Source of the DNA: a virus
Length of the DNA: 64,000 nt
Reading direction: 5' to 3' (one strand)
IMG/VR virus record: IMGVR_UViG_3300027747_004524
Span: 32,001-96,000 of that record
Part shown: in pieces, positions 47,730-55,339 of the stretch
Layout: the number at the start of each line of letters is the position of its first letter
Numbering within the stretch: the stretch's first letter is position 1
Position numbers and translations under genes: made by a program
Notes under the pieces: generated by a model
What the model was told of the DNA's origin: nothing
Databases searched by the model: none
What the model saw: the letters and a program-made list of their open reading frames with translations, nothing else

Positions 47730-48348
47730 GATTGTTTCTTTTTTAGAAAAAATTTCTGAAGAAGTAAGTTATCGCTTTTTTGGAAAGAAACTTTATTTAA
47801 GCATAAAGCCTAGGTTTGAAAAAAACCTGGGCTTTATGTCCTTAAACGATACACTGTTTTTTGGGCCAAAGATTTTTTCTTTGACCCCCACACAGATTGT
47901 AATTGAAACTTTTCACGAGATGGTGCATCGTGAAAATGAAAAGAGAGGAAACAAGGACGTTGGAACAAACTGCTATCACAACAAGCATTTTCTTAAGGAA
48001 TGCGTTCAACGTGGGTTTTTTGTTATAAAGCACAGAAATCAAGGTTGGTCATTGCTATCTCTTTTGCCACCTAGAAACGTAGTTGAAATCAATTCCCTAA
48101 AAAATCCAGAGAAAGTCACGAACACAGAAGCGAGCAAAGCGGTAAATGAGATTGTTGAAGAAATTTGTTGGAAATATTTTTACAACTGTAGGTCTTCTAT
48201 TCCTTCAAAACGAGAATATACCTACAAGTATACATGCTCATGTCCTTCTCCATTCAATAGCATACGCTCAGGTCGTGGCCCAACTAGCATGAACCCACCT
48301 AAAATTGTGTGCATGGTATGTGGACAGATGTTTACCCCAGCTGAATAG
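47695..48348 (+). CDS. SprT-like zinc metalloprotease
   Basis: HEMVH, HNKHF, C-terminal YTCSC..CMVC; start uncertain. Confidence 0.75.
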   Translation: MTALQPKEEDIKIVSFLEKISEEVSYRFFGKKLYLSIKPRFEKNLGFMSLNDTLFFGPKIFSLTPTQIVIETFHEMVHRENEKRGNKDVGTNCYHNKHFLKECVQRGFFVIKHRNQGWSLLSLLPPRNVVEINSLKNPEKVTNTEASKAVNEIVEEICWKYFYNCRSSIPSKREYTYKYTCSCPSPFNSIRSGRGPTSMNPPKIVCMVCGQMFTPAE

Positions 48349-48372
48349 GCAGACTGGGCAAAATGGGAAGAA

Positions 48373-49089
48373 ATGCCCTTTTTTGGGCGGTTTTACAACG
48401 CCAAAAACGCTGTTAAACTTAGGGCATCCCTCTACTTGGTGGCATGGTGCGTCGTGAGAATAATTTACCCCCCTAGACCTAAAGGCAGGATGCTTCCTTC
48501 CGATTTGCCTTCTTATGAGGCGACCGGTCAATGGGTTGCCCAAAGGAAGTTTAGGGGTTCTAGGATAGTAGTTTATATTGGCAAGGATAGGAGCATAACG
48601 GTAGGTTCAAGGCACGGCAAGCCTTTCGCAAATTTCGAATTTACTCCTCAGCAAAAAGATGAGCTAATTTCAACGTTGAACTTAGAAGAGGGAAAAGATT
48701 ACTGGCTGGATGGGGAGCTTATGAACAAAGATGTAGGCTCCACAAAAGAGGTAATATTTTTTGATATTCTTCAAGCGGGCAAGTACTTGTTCTATCGCCC
48801 AGCACAGATCGAGAGATTCCAGCTTTTAACCAACATTTGTAACTCTCCTTCAAAGTTGTGCAAGGCAGGGATTGCATTGGAAATCTCGAAAAACTTTTGG
48901 CTTGCTGAATTATTTGACAAGAATTTCGAAGACCGTTATAAAGAGAGCCTTCAAAATCCACAACTTGAGGGGTTGGTTCTTCGTAAAAAGAATGTTGGTC
49001 TAGACTTTACTGGAGAAAAGGAATACGAAACCTCTTCTCTTTTAAGGTGCAGGAAGCCCTTTTCTGAAGATAAGGGTTACGAGTTTTGA
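48373..49089 (+). CDS. Minimal ATP-dependent ligase-like nucleotidyltransferase
   Basis: AQRKFRGSR, LDGEL, FFDIL, EGLVLRK; no OB domain. Confidence 0.75.
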   Translation: MPFFGRFYNAKNAVKLRASLYLVAWCVVRIIYPPRPKGRMLPSDLPSYEATGQWVAQRKFRGSRIVVYIGKDRSITVGSRHGKPFANFEFTPQQKDELISTLNLEEGKDYWLDGELMNKDVGSTKEVIFFDILQAGKYLFYRPAQIERFQLLTNICNSPSKLCKAGIALEISKNFWLAELFDKNFEDRYKESLQNPQLEGLVLRKKNVGLDFTGEKEYETSSLLRCRKPFSEDKGYEF

Positions 49090-49147
49090 AAAACTGATTG
49101 TTTTTTTTGTTTTCTTTTCTTCTTACTCGTGAAAAGGGATTTTTTCG

Positions 49148-50593
49148 ATGAAAAAAGCTAGTGGTGTCGAACAACTTCACGGCAACTTCTACAAAGTTCC
49201 ATTTTCGTCAATTCTGACCCCAGATAAAACTGAAGATTCTAGCGACTACTCTTTCTCTAATCCTAGGCTGCTTACTCAGACCGGTCTTAACGCCCTTACT
49301 GATAAAAAAGTTTCTTCTGATCTGCGTGAAGATATCAAGAAAAGAACTCTTCTCACAGCTTTAATTTGTAGATGGGTCGATCATAATGGAGAGCTAAGGC
49401 CACAGCTTGTTGGTGGCGACCGTAGATATAGAGCTTTGGATTACCTCATTAAAAGAAAAGAAGAGGTTGTTGATCCAAGAACTCAAGGTACTTCCAAAGC
49501 TACCGCAGATGTTGCATACGAGCACATCGTATGCCAGATCTTTTCTTGTGAAACCGACTTGGATGCAGCAGTTCTGTCTTGGGCAGAAAACAAGAATAGA
49601 GTAGACTTAACAGAAGGTCATGAAATTGCTGCTGTCATGGAACTTAGAAAGTTCAATGTTCCTGATGATAGAATCTTAGAGGTTCTGCAAAAAGACTCTA
49701 AATGGTTAAAAGAGACGGATGATCTGATTGAATCTTTAGATCAAGAATCTTTGAACCTTCTTTGTGAAGACAAGCTCAAAAGAGGAGCTGCCATTCACGT
49801 TGCAAAGATAGACGTAGAAAAGCGGCCAGCTGTTCTCAAGGCTGCTTTAGAAAGGTCCGAGGAAATCCACGATAGAAAAATCGAAGCCCTCGACAAGCAA
49901 CTTGTTTCTGTTAACAAAAAGAAAGACAGAGCAGAGACAAAAAAGGTAATAGCTGAAGGCTGTGGCGATAAAAAGCTTCTGGAAAGAGCACAAAAAGTCC
50001 TCAATAGGTCTGAGGAAAGAGAAAAAGAAATAGCAGAAAAGCGTTCTAAGTCAAAGCCAATAGCCTCCAAAAAAATGGTAGAGGTTGCTTGTAAGGAGGT
50101 TGGCGTTGATGTTGATGAGTCCAAAAAAGCCGGGAAGAAATCCATCAGAAAGGTCATGGATCAAATTCAAGAAATAATTGAGAAAGAAGGCGAAATCTCC
50201 TTCCTGGAAGGCGAGAGCATCTTTCTTGATGTAACTTTCCTTGAGTTGATCAAGATGGTTTTGGACAAGCACGCTTTGAACGACTCCATAGACTTTGCAG
50301 AAACTTTGTCTGAGTGGCGAGATCTCTTTCCAGAAGAAGGTTCCGTTGCTACAGAAGATGAGGAAGAAGAAGATCAAGACGAGGAAGAATCTTCTTTGAC
50401 CGATCAAGACAATGAAGATGAAGACGAAGATGAAGACAAAGATGAAGACAAAGATGAAGACGAAGATGAAGATAATGAAGACGAAGAAGACGAAGGTGGA
50501 GACGATCAAGCTGTAGAAGACAACTATTCTGAGGATAATTATCCTGAGGATTGCGACTTCTATAATGAAGAAGACTCAGAAGACGATGACTGA
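49148..50593 (+). CDS. ParB/Srx-like protein with coiled coil and long acidic tail
   Basis: NPR, QLVGGDRRYRAL, ENKNRVDL; D/E-rich C-terminus. Confidence 0.8.
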   Translation: MKKASGVEQLHGNFYKVPFSSILTPDKTEDSSDYSFSNPRLLTQTGLNALTDKKVSSDLREDIKKRTLLTALICRWVDHNGELRPQLVGGDRRYRALDYLIKRKEEVVDPRTQGTSKATADVAYEHIVCQIFSCETDLDAAVLSWAENKNRVDLTEGHEIAAVMELRKFNVPDDRILEVLQKDSKWLKETDDLIESLDQESLNLLCEDKLKRGAAIHVAKIDVEKRPAVLKAALERSEEIHDRKIEALDKQLVSVNKKKDRAETKKVIAEGCGDKKLLERAQKVLNRSEEREKEIAEKRSKSKPIASKKMVEVACKEVGVDVDESKKAGKKSIRKVMDQIQEIIEKEGEISFLEGESIFLDVTFLELIKMVLDKHALNDSIDFAETLSEWRDLFPEEGSVATEDEEEEDQDEEESSLTDQDNEDEDEDEDKDEDKDEDEDEDNEDEEDEGGDDQAVEDNYSEDNYPEDCDFYNEEDSEDDD

Positions 50594-50622
50594 GTAAAAA
50601 ATAGTCATATAATTTGGAAAAA

Positions 50623-50660
50623 AAGAAGGGGTGGTAGGCTAACGCTTACCGCCCCTTCTT
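50623..50660. terminator. Hairpin/terminator
   Basis: AAGAAGGGGTGGTAGGC-TAAC-GCTTACCGCCCCTTCTT. Confidence 0.7.
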
Positions 50661-50674
50661 GCATAAATAGTTAT

Positions 50675-50965
50675 ATGATTAGTTTATGTCCAAACTGTGG
50701 GCACAAGTTGAGCAAAGAGCTTTTAGACGGTATTACACAATGCTGTCATTGCAACAGGGTAGTGTCTACTACCATTCTAAACGAGCTGCTCTCGGCAGCA
50801 TGGGACGCCCGTAAAAACGACCTTTCAGCGGAAGCCATCCAATGGCAGACCAAACTTGACAAAGATTTTTCTAATTTGGTTTATTATTTCATTTGCGTTC
50901 TTGGCTACTCTCACGATGAGTTTTTAAATCTCATGCGAAAATTCCACCTAATAAACAAATCCTGA
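50675..50965 (+). CDS. Zinc-ribbon protein
   Basis: CPNC..CCHC; TAAATA 50664-50669. Confidence 0.7.
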   Translation: MISLCPNCGHKLSKELLDGITQCCHCNRVVSTTILNELLSAAWDARKNDLSAEAIQWQTKLDKDFSNLVYYFICVLGYSHDEFLNLMRKFHLINKS

Positions 50966-51059
50966 AAAAAAATTTAAAAAATGGGTTTGCGAAAAAGATT
51001 TTTTCTGCTATACTGAATCCGTTGGTTCGGTTCCTTTTTAGCAAGAAAGGCTTTAAGCT

Positions 51060-51275
51060 ATGGCTAGAGTTAAGAAAGAGACCCAGGAAAAAGTTTCTGC
51101 AATTATGAAGGAGGCTTCTTTTATCTGGCAAGAGATTCACCCGAAGCTCGACCAGATTCAGAAGCAGTTCAACGAGATTGGTGATGGAGCAACCACCAGA
51201 AACAAGAAGCTTGAAAGAGTAATCAAATACTTTTCGAACTTTGTTGGTGATTCCAAGACTCCTTCCAACGACTGA
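51060..51275 (+). CDS. Hypothetical protein
   Basis: After TTGCGA..TATACT promoter-like site. Confidence 0.7.
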   Translation: MARVKKETQEKVSAIMKEASFIWQEIHPKLDQIQKQFNEIGDGATTRNKKLERVIKYFSNFVGDSKTPSND

Positions 51276-51284
51276 GGTGATAAG

Positions 51285-51779
51285 ATGCCCAAGGGCAAAA
51301 AAACATGTCCTGAATGCGGCATCGAGAGCGGTGTCCGTACCTCTACATGTGGGTGCGGACACCGCTTTTCTTTCAAACAACCTTCTGTGGATCAATCTCA
51401 AAAAGCTATCCACACAGCAAATACTGGTGTAAACATCGGTGCAAATACTGCTGTAAAGGTAGAACAAACAATAGTTGAAAGACCCGCACAAAGTCCTAGG
51501 CTATTCTCTTCTATCTCTTGTCCGCTTGTTCAAACCCCAGCAGGAAGATGTCCTACAAAGCCACAGGGCTTCATTAAAAAGGACTGGCCCGATGGACCCG
51601 CTACCACTGAGGCTGTTGAGTCTTGGGCACTCAAAGTCTTTTCTAGCGGCAACTACCTCCCAGATGCAGTCATATACTGGATTCATGAGTTTTGGGACAT
51701 GAATCTTAATTATGGCGAAGAATACAAGAGAGTAAAATCAATTGTTCTAAGAACTTTGTGCGGAAGTCAACAAGAATAA
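51285..51779 (+). CDS. Protein with N-terminal zinc ribbon
   Basis: KTCPECG..CGCGHRF; GAGG RBS. Confidence 0.75.
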   Translation: MPKGKKTCPECGIESGVRTSTCGCGHRFSFKQPSVDQSQKAIHTANTGVNIGANTAVKVEQTIVERPAQSPRLFSSISCPLVQTPAGRCPTKPQGFIKKDWPDGPATTEAVESWALKVFSSGNYLPDAVIYWIHEFWDMNLNYGEEYKRVKSIVLRTLCGSQQE

Positions 51780-51989
51780 TTATACATTCTTTGTTACTTC
51801 TTTGCTATCAGATCTAATATCCGATCTACTTGATAGCTCACTTCTTAGTACTGTGATTTCTTTGTCTGCTTCTATTCCAACTCTTACTTTATTCTTATTG
51901 TCTATTCTAACAATAGTTATCTTGATATCGTCCATATTTGGACCTCTTAAGATAATTGTCTCGTCTTTCTTTCTGCTCAGAACTAACAT
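51780..51989 (-). CDS. csrA: Carbon storage regulator CsrA (copy 2, divergent)
   Basis: MLVLSRKKDETI..KVRVGIEA..VLRSEL; GGAG RBS. Confidence 0.88.
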   Translation of the reverse strand: MLVLSRKKDETIILRGPNMDDIKITIVRIDNKNKVRVGIEADKEITVLRSELSSRSDIRSDSKEVTKNV

Positions 51990-52248
51990 CCTATTTCTCC
52001 TTTTCTTTTTCAAGCAGCTAATCTAAATTTTGCTTTAGCACATAAACCCTTTGTTTGTTTGTGCTTAGTCCTAAATCAATATAGTGGCAGGCTTTTATTT
52101 TTCACCTGTTCGCAAAAAAAAATAAACCTTGGTTTTACAATCCTACTTTTTTGGCGTACACTTCTTATAGAGACAAAAGACTTTGAGTAAAAAGCCCTTG
52201 CTCAAAGATTCTTTTTGAAAATAGAAGGGCTTTTTGGGAGATTGAAAC

Positions 52249-52698
52249 ATGCCTGCTAAAGGTTTTTCGTCCCTTGAAAAGAAGCTTCAGAAGACGGCCA
52301 CTAGTCTTGAAGAACTTTTCAATGCCCTTGGCGATTTCGTCTCTGTCAACTTTGAAAGAGTGACAGATACGGTGGTCAAGGCCGGTAATAAGAAGGTTGT
52401 TCGTAAGGCCGCGAAGAAGGCTAAGGTTCAAAAGACCACCAAGGCCAAATCTTCGGGAACCAAGAGAGGCCGTCGTGCCGGTGGTGGTTTAAAGGAAGCA
52501 CTTGTTGAAATCTGCTCTGAGGCTGGTAGTCCGCTTACTGAAGCGGAGATTGCTACCAAACTCTTGGCCGATCAAACCAAGTACAAGTGGAACAAGAATG
52601 AAAGCACTCTCTATCAGACCCTTCGCAGGGCCGTCAAAGAGAAGCTGATTTCTGATTCTGGTAGAGATAAGAACTCCAAGACCTATCAGGTCGCTTAA
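52249..52698 (+). CDS. Basic winged-HTH nucleoid-like protein
   Basis: K/A-rich linker plus LKEALVEI..PLTEAEIA..TLYQTLRRAVKEKLI. Confidence 0.7.
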   Translation: MPAKGFSSLEKKLQKTATSLEELFNALGDFVSVNFERVTDTVVKAGNKKVVRKAAKKAKVQKTTKAKSSGTKRGRRAGGGLKEALVEICSEAGSPLTEAEIATKLLADQTKYKWNKNESTLYQTLRRAVKEKLISDSGRDKNSKTYQVA

Positions 52699-52706
52699 AG
52701 AAAGGA

Positions 52707-53099
52707 ATGGTGGCATCTATGGCCGTTGCAGAAAAGTCTGGTAAAAGCAAGCCGAGCAAGGCTAGTATTGCTCGTGACTTCATGAAGAAGATCGGAGCAT
52801 TCACCAAGAATCCACCCGAGAATTGGGTGGAGAAGGTTGAAGGACACTTGAAGGACCAAGGTTTTTCCTTACCGGCTTCAAGCAGGGTCCAGATCTATGC
52901 CATTAAGAGCAAAGCAATGAAGAAAAGCTCGAAAAGTTCGAGCAAAACTTCTGCCAAAGCTTCTAAGAAGAAACATACCGGAAGTTTGCAGAAAGTGTCC
53001 ATATCGGACCTGTCTGCTGCTAAAAAGTATGCCTCTTCTAATGGTGGCGTAGAGAAGTGCATTGATATCTTTAAGGCACTTCAGCTGCTTTCGAAATAA
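52707..53099 (+). CDS. Basic hypothetical protein (Planctomycete-like family, from recall)
   Basis: SKASIARD..VSISDLSAAKK..GGVE. Confidence 0.7.
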   Translation: MVASMAVAEKSGKSKPSKASIARDFMKKIGAFTKNPPENWVEKVEGHLKDQGFSLPASSRVQIYAIKSKAMKKSSKSSSKTSAKASKKKHTGSLQKVSISDLSAAKKYASSNGGVEKCIDIFKALQLLSK

Positions 53100-53124
53100 G
53101 CTTTAATCAGCTTCTTTAAAAGAG

Positions 53125-53156
53125 AACCCTGCTGAGCTTGCTCAGCAGGGTTTTTT
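53125..53156. terminator. Intrinsic terminator between convergent genes
   Basis: AACCCTGCTGAG-CTTG-CTCAGCAGGGTT-TTTT. Confidence 0.9.
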
Positions 53157-53724
53157 ATTTGTTGTTTTTAGTGCTTTCCATTAGATCTTTTACATTGTCT
53201 TTACAGAAGCCATGCTTGCCTCTTTCAATGAATTCATAGATAACACCTGTTAGTTGACTTGGCTTTGTAAAAACTTGTGTTAATCCTGGACATGTTAGTG
53301 GTTTATTTGAGGAGAACTCTGCATAACCCTTTGTTCGCCATTCTTCCATCGTCTTCTCTACACTTTCTACCTGATATGCTATATGATGAACTCCTCCTAC
53401 ATTGTCTCTTCTAGCAACCCACTGTCCTACTATAGATTCTGGGTCACCGTCTGATACGAATATTTCAGGAGGTAAGTGATATTCGGCAAACTTTGTCTCA
53501 TCAATATCTCTGTTTGTGTTTGGTCCCACGTATTGTCTTATTAGCCAATGTAATTCATCAACTACTGGCTTTTCTGGTGGTTCTAGTGCTATGCACTTAG
53601 CACAAGTTCCATCTGCAAAGTTAATGTCGAATTCTGTTTGAATTCTATAGCCCAATGCATCAATGAAGAATTGGGCTGTTTTTTTTCTATCCAAGGCTCT
53701 ATATGCAATGTGGTCTAGCCTCAT
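53155..53724 (-). CDS. VOC/glyoxalase-fold protein (HPPD/MCE-like)
   Basis: LDHIAY, GVHHIAYQV, GVIYEFIER. Confidence 0.8.
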   Translation of the reverse strand: MRLDHIAYRALDRKKTAQFFIDALGYRIQTEFDINFADGTCAKCIALEPPEKPVVDELHWLIRQYVGPNTNRDIDETKFAEYHLPPEIFVSDGDPESIVGQWVARRDNVGGVHHIAYQVESVEKTMEEWRTKGYAEFSSNKPLTCPGLTQVFTKPSQLTGVIYEFIERGKHGFCKDNVKDLMESTKNNK

Positions 53725-53776
53725 GTTATTATCCCCTTTTTATAGTTAACCTTCAACTATAAAATAGTATTTTCTA

Positions 53777-54298
53777 TCAATTATCCAACGACCAATGCAT
53801 AAAAAGTTTGGTCGTCCACTGGTCAGGCAAACACACCAAATCATCCCGCCAATGTTCCATAGTGCGGCCCAGCATCATGGCACCATCACCATCTTCAACA
53901 TTAAGAACAACTGTATTCCCCTTTTTGTCTATGCAATAAAGAGGCCATTCGTTTGTTAATGTAGACTTTAATGATATTGATAGGGTGTAATCTAACCCAA
54001 CCCTATCGACATGTTTTTTTAATCGCCCGCCGTTGTAGTAAATTCTTCCGTAAGTATTAGCAGGCTTTATTTTTATTTGAAGCTTTTTTGCTATTTGTGG
54101 TGTTAAGGCTCTTAAATATTGTTCAAACTCCGGGCAGTTTCCTCCATATGATTCTCCGTAGTGATCGGAGGCACCGCTCTCATGCTTCAGCATGTTTTCA
54201 TTCTTCATCCGAAAAAGAATGTCCGTAAAATGCTGACAGATAGAAGGAGGTAATATGCCTTTTACATAAACGTAACCAAGATCGCTAAAGTGCTGCAT
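53777..54298 (-). CDS. 2OG-Fe(II) oxygenase
   Basis: NTYGRIY, KHVDR, DGDG, EHWRD, LFMHW. Confidence 0.8.
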   Translation of the reverse strand: MQHFSDLGYVYVKGILPPSICQHFTDILFRMKNENMLKHESGASDHYGESYGGNCPEFEQYLRALTPQIAKKLQIKIKPANTYGRIYYNGGRLKKHVDRVGLDYTLSISLKSTLTNEWPLYCIDKKGNTVVLNVEDGDGAMMLGRTMEHWRDDLVCLPDQWTTKLFMHWSLDN

Positions 54299-54320
54299 GT
54301 TGGTCTCATGATAAATTAAA

Positions 54321-54366
54321 TGGGACGTGAGGGAATCGAACCCCCGACCAAAAGATATGAGTCTGT
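54321..54366 (-). pseudogene. Relic 3' half of an intron-less CAU tRNA
   Basis: ACAGA-CTCATA-TCTTT-TGGTC-GGGGG-TTCGATT-CCCTC-ACGTCCC-A; no D arm on this strand. Confidence 0.7.
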
Positions 54367-54423
54367 CTCACAGTTTCTCCTTTTGGCGTCCACAACATTA
54401 TATGCAAAAATCTTTTTTTTTCA

Positions 54424-54440
54424 ACGTAGCTCAGTTGGTT
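54424..54440 (+). pseudogene. Inverted tRNA 5'/D-arm fragment
   Basis: ACGTAGCTCAGTTGGTT; its ACGT matches the relic acceptor. Confidence 0.5.
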
Positions 54441-54474
54441 ATTATTTTTTGATTAGACCATACTATATAAAAGT

Positions 54475-55041
54475 ATGGAATACGATAAGTTAAAGGGTTA
54501 TCTTGATAAGAACATGACTCTAAGGCAAATTTCAATCGAAAGCAAAAAATGTCTTGCTTCTGTTCGTTATTGGATGAAAAAACATGGGTTTAAACCTAAT
54601 TTTGCGAACTTTAAGGGAGGCTATAAACCTGGTCAAAAAATAATTGGCAATGACAGATATTGTCCTTCTTGCAAAGTTTATAGAAACATAAACGATTTTT
54701 ACTCAAGAAGGAAAACTAACTGCACGGGCTACTGTAAGACTTGTATATCTAAAAAGACTACTGAACGACAAAGAAAAATTAAGAAGGAGATGGTCGAATA
54801 CAAAGGGGGCAAATGTCAAAACCCGAAGTGCTCCACGCCAGGAGGATATAGTCGTTCAATAAATGGTTTGGACTTTCATCATATAGATCCTTTGAAAAAA
54901 GAATTTAGTATTTCTCAAATAAGGCTTACTAAGATGAACAAAAAAATTAAAAAAGAGTTGGATAAATGTATTTTGCTTTGTGCCAACTGCCATAGAGAAA
55001 GACATGAAGAGCTGCTTCTTGAAAGAAAAAAAAGCACCTGA
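54475..55041 (+). CDS. Free-standing HNH homing-endonuclease-like protein
   Basis: N-terminal HTH-like region, CPSC..YCKTC, KGGKCQ, LDFHHIDP, LLCANCHRERH. Confidence 0.88.
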   Translation: MEYDKLKGYLDKNMTLRQISIESKKCLASVRYWMKKHGFKPNFANFKGGYKPGQKIIGNDRYCPSCKVYRNINDFYSRRKTNCTGYCKTCISKKTTERQRKIKKEMVEYKGGKCQNPKCSTPGGYSRSINGLDFHHIDPLKKEFSISQIRLTKMNKKIKKELDKCILLCANCHRERHEELLLERKKST

Positions 55042-55047
55042 AAACAG

Positions 55048-55332
55048 TCCGAGAGGTGGGGCACGATCCCACAACCCACAGATTATGCAATCCACTTCGG
55101 CTTTCGCCGCCAGAACTTCTTCTGTTCGTGGTCTGGACTATGCCTTCACCTTTGTTGTTGCCAACTTTAGGTGGGTGATTATAGTCTCTACACGTTCCCT
55201 TTCGGGCTTCGCTCGGCGTTGGGTCGTCCTTTTGAGACAGGCCGTTCACCGAATTTACACCTGACTAACCACCCGTTTCCAGATGGCCGACCCGTAAAAG
55301 TCTGTTGCTCTAACCAATTGAGCTACTCTCGG
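55048..55332 (-). tRNA. tRNA(CAU), probably Ile2, split by a group I intron (exons 55332-55299 and 55087-55048)
   Basis: CCGAGAG/CTCTCGG acceptor, GCTC/GAGC D stem, ACAGA-CT^CATAA-TCTGT anticodon arm. Confidence 0.9.
55088..55298 (-). ncRNA. Compact group I intron (211 nt), no internal ORF
   Basis: 5' U.G P1 (GACU/GGUC), AAAUUCGGUGAA, AACGCCGAGC, GUAGAGACUA, AAGGCAUAGUCC core elements, GAAA L2/L9 loops, terminal G. Confidence 0.9.
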
Positions 55333-55339
55333 AATGTTT

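Noticed and set aside
50051-50509. Hydrophobic FVFI-repeat ORF on the minus strand
   Set aside because: Reverse complement of the acidic GAAGAT repeats in the ParB-like tail.
54321-54393. tmRNA tRNA-like domain
   Set aside because: No G3.U70 alanine identity pair, no tag reading frame, and far too short; better explained as a CAU tRNA relic.
55296-55332. tRNA-Lys(UUU) reading of the split tRNA (5' half reads CT TTT)
   Set aside because: That junction would need an intron ending in U. Group I introns end in G, and P1 places the U.G pair at U33, which gives CAU.
55048-55332. Initiator tRNA-fMet
   Set aside because: C1-G72 is paired and the anticodon stem lacks the three consecutive G-C pairs.
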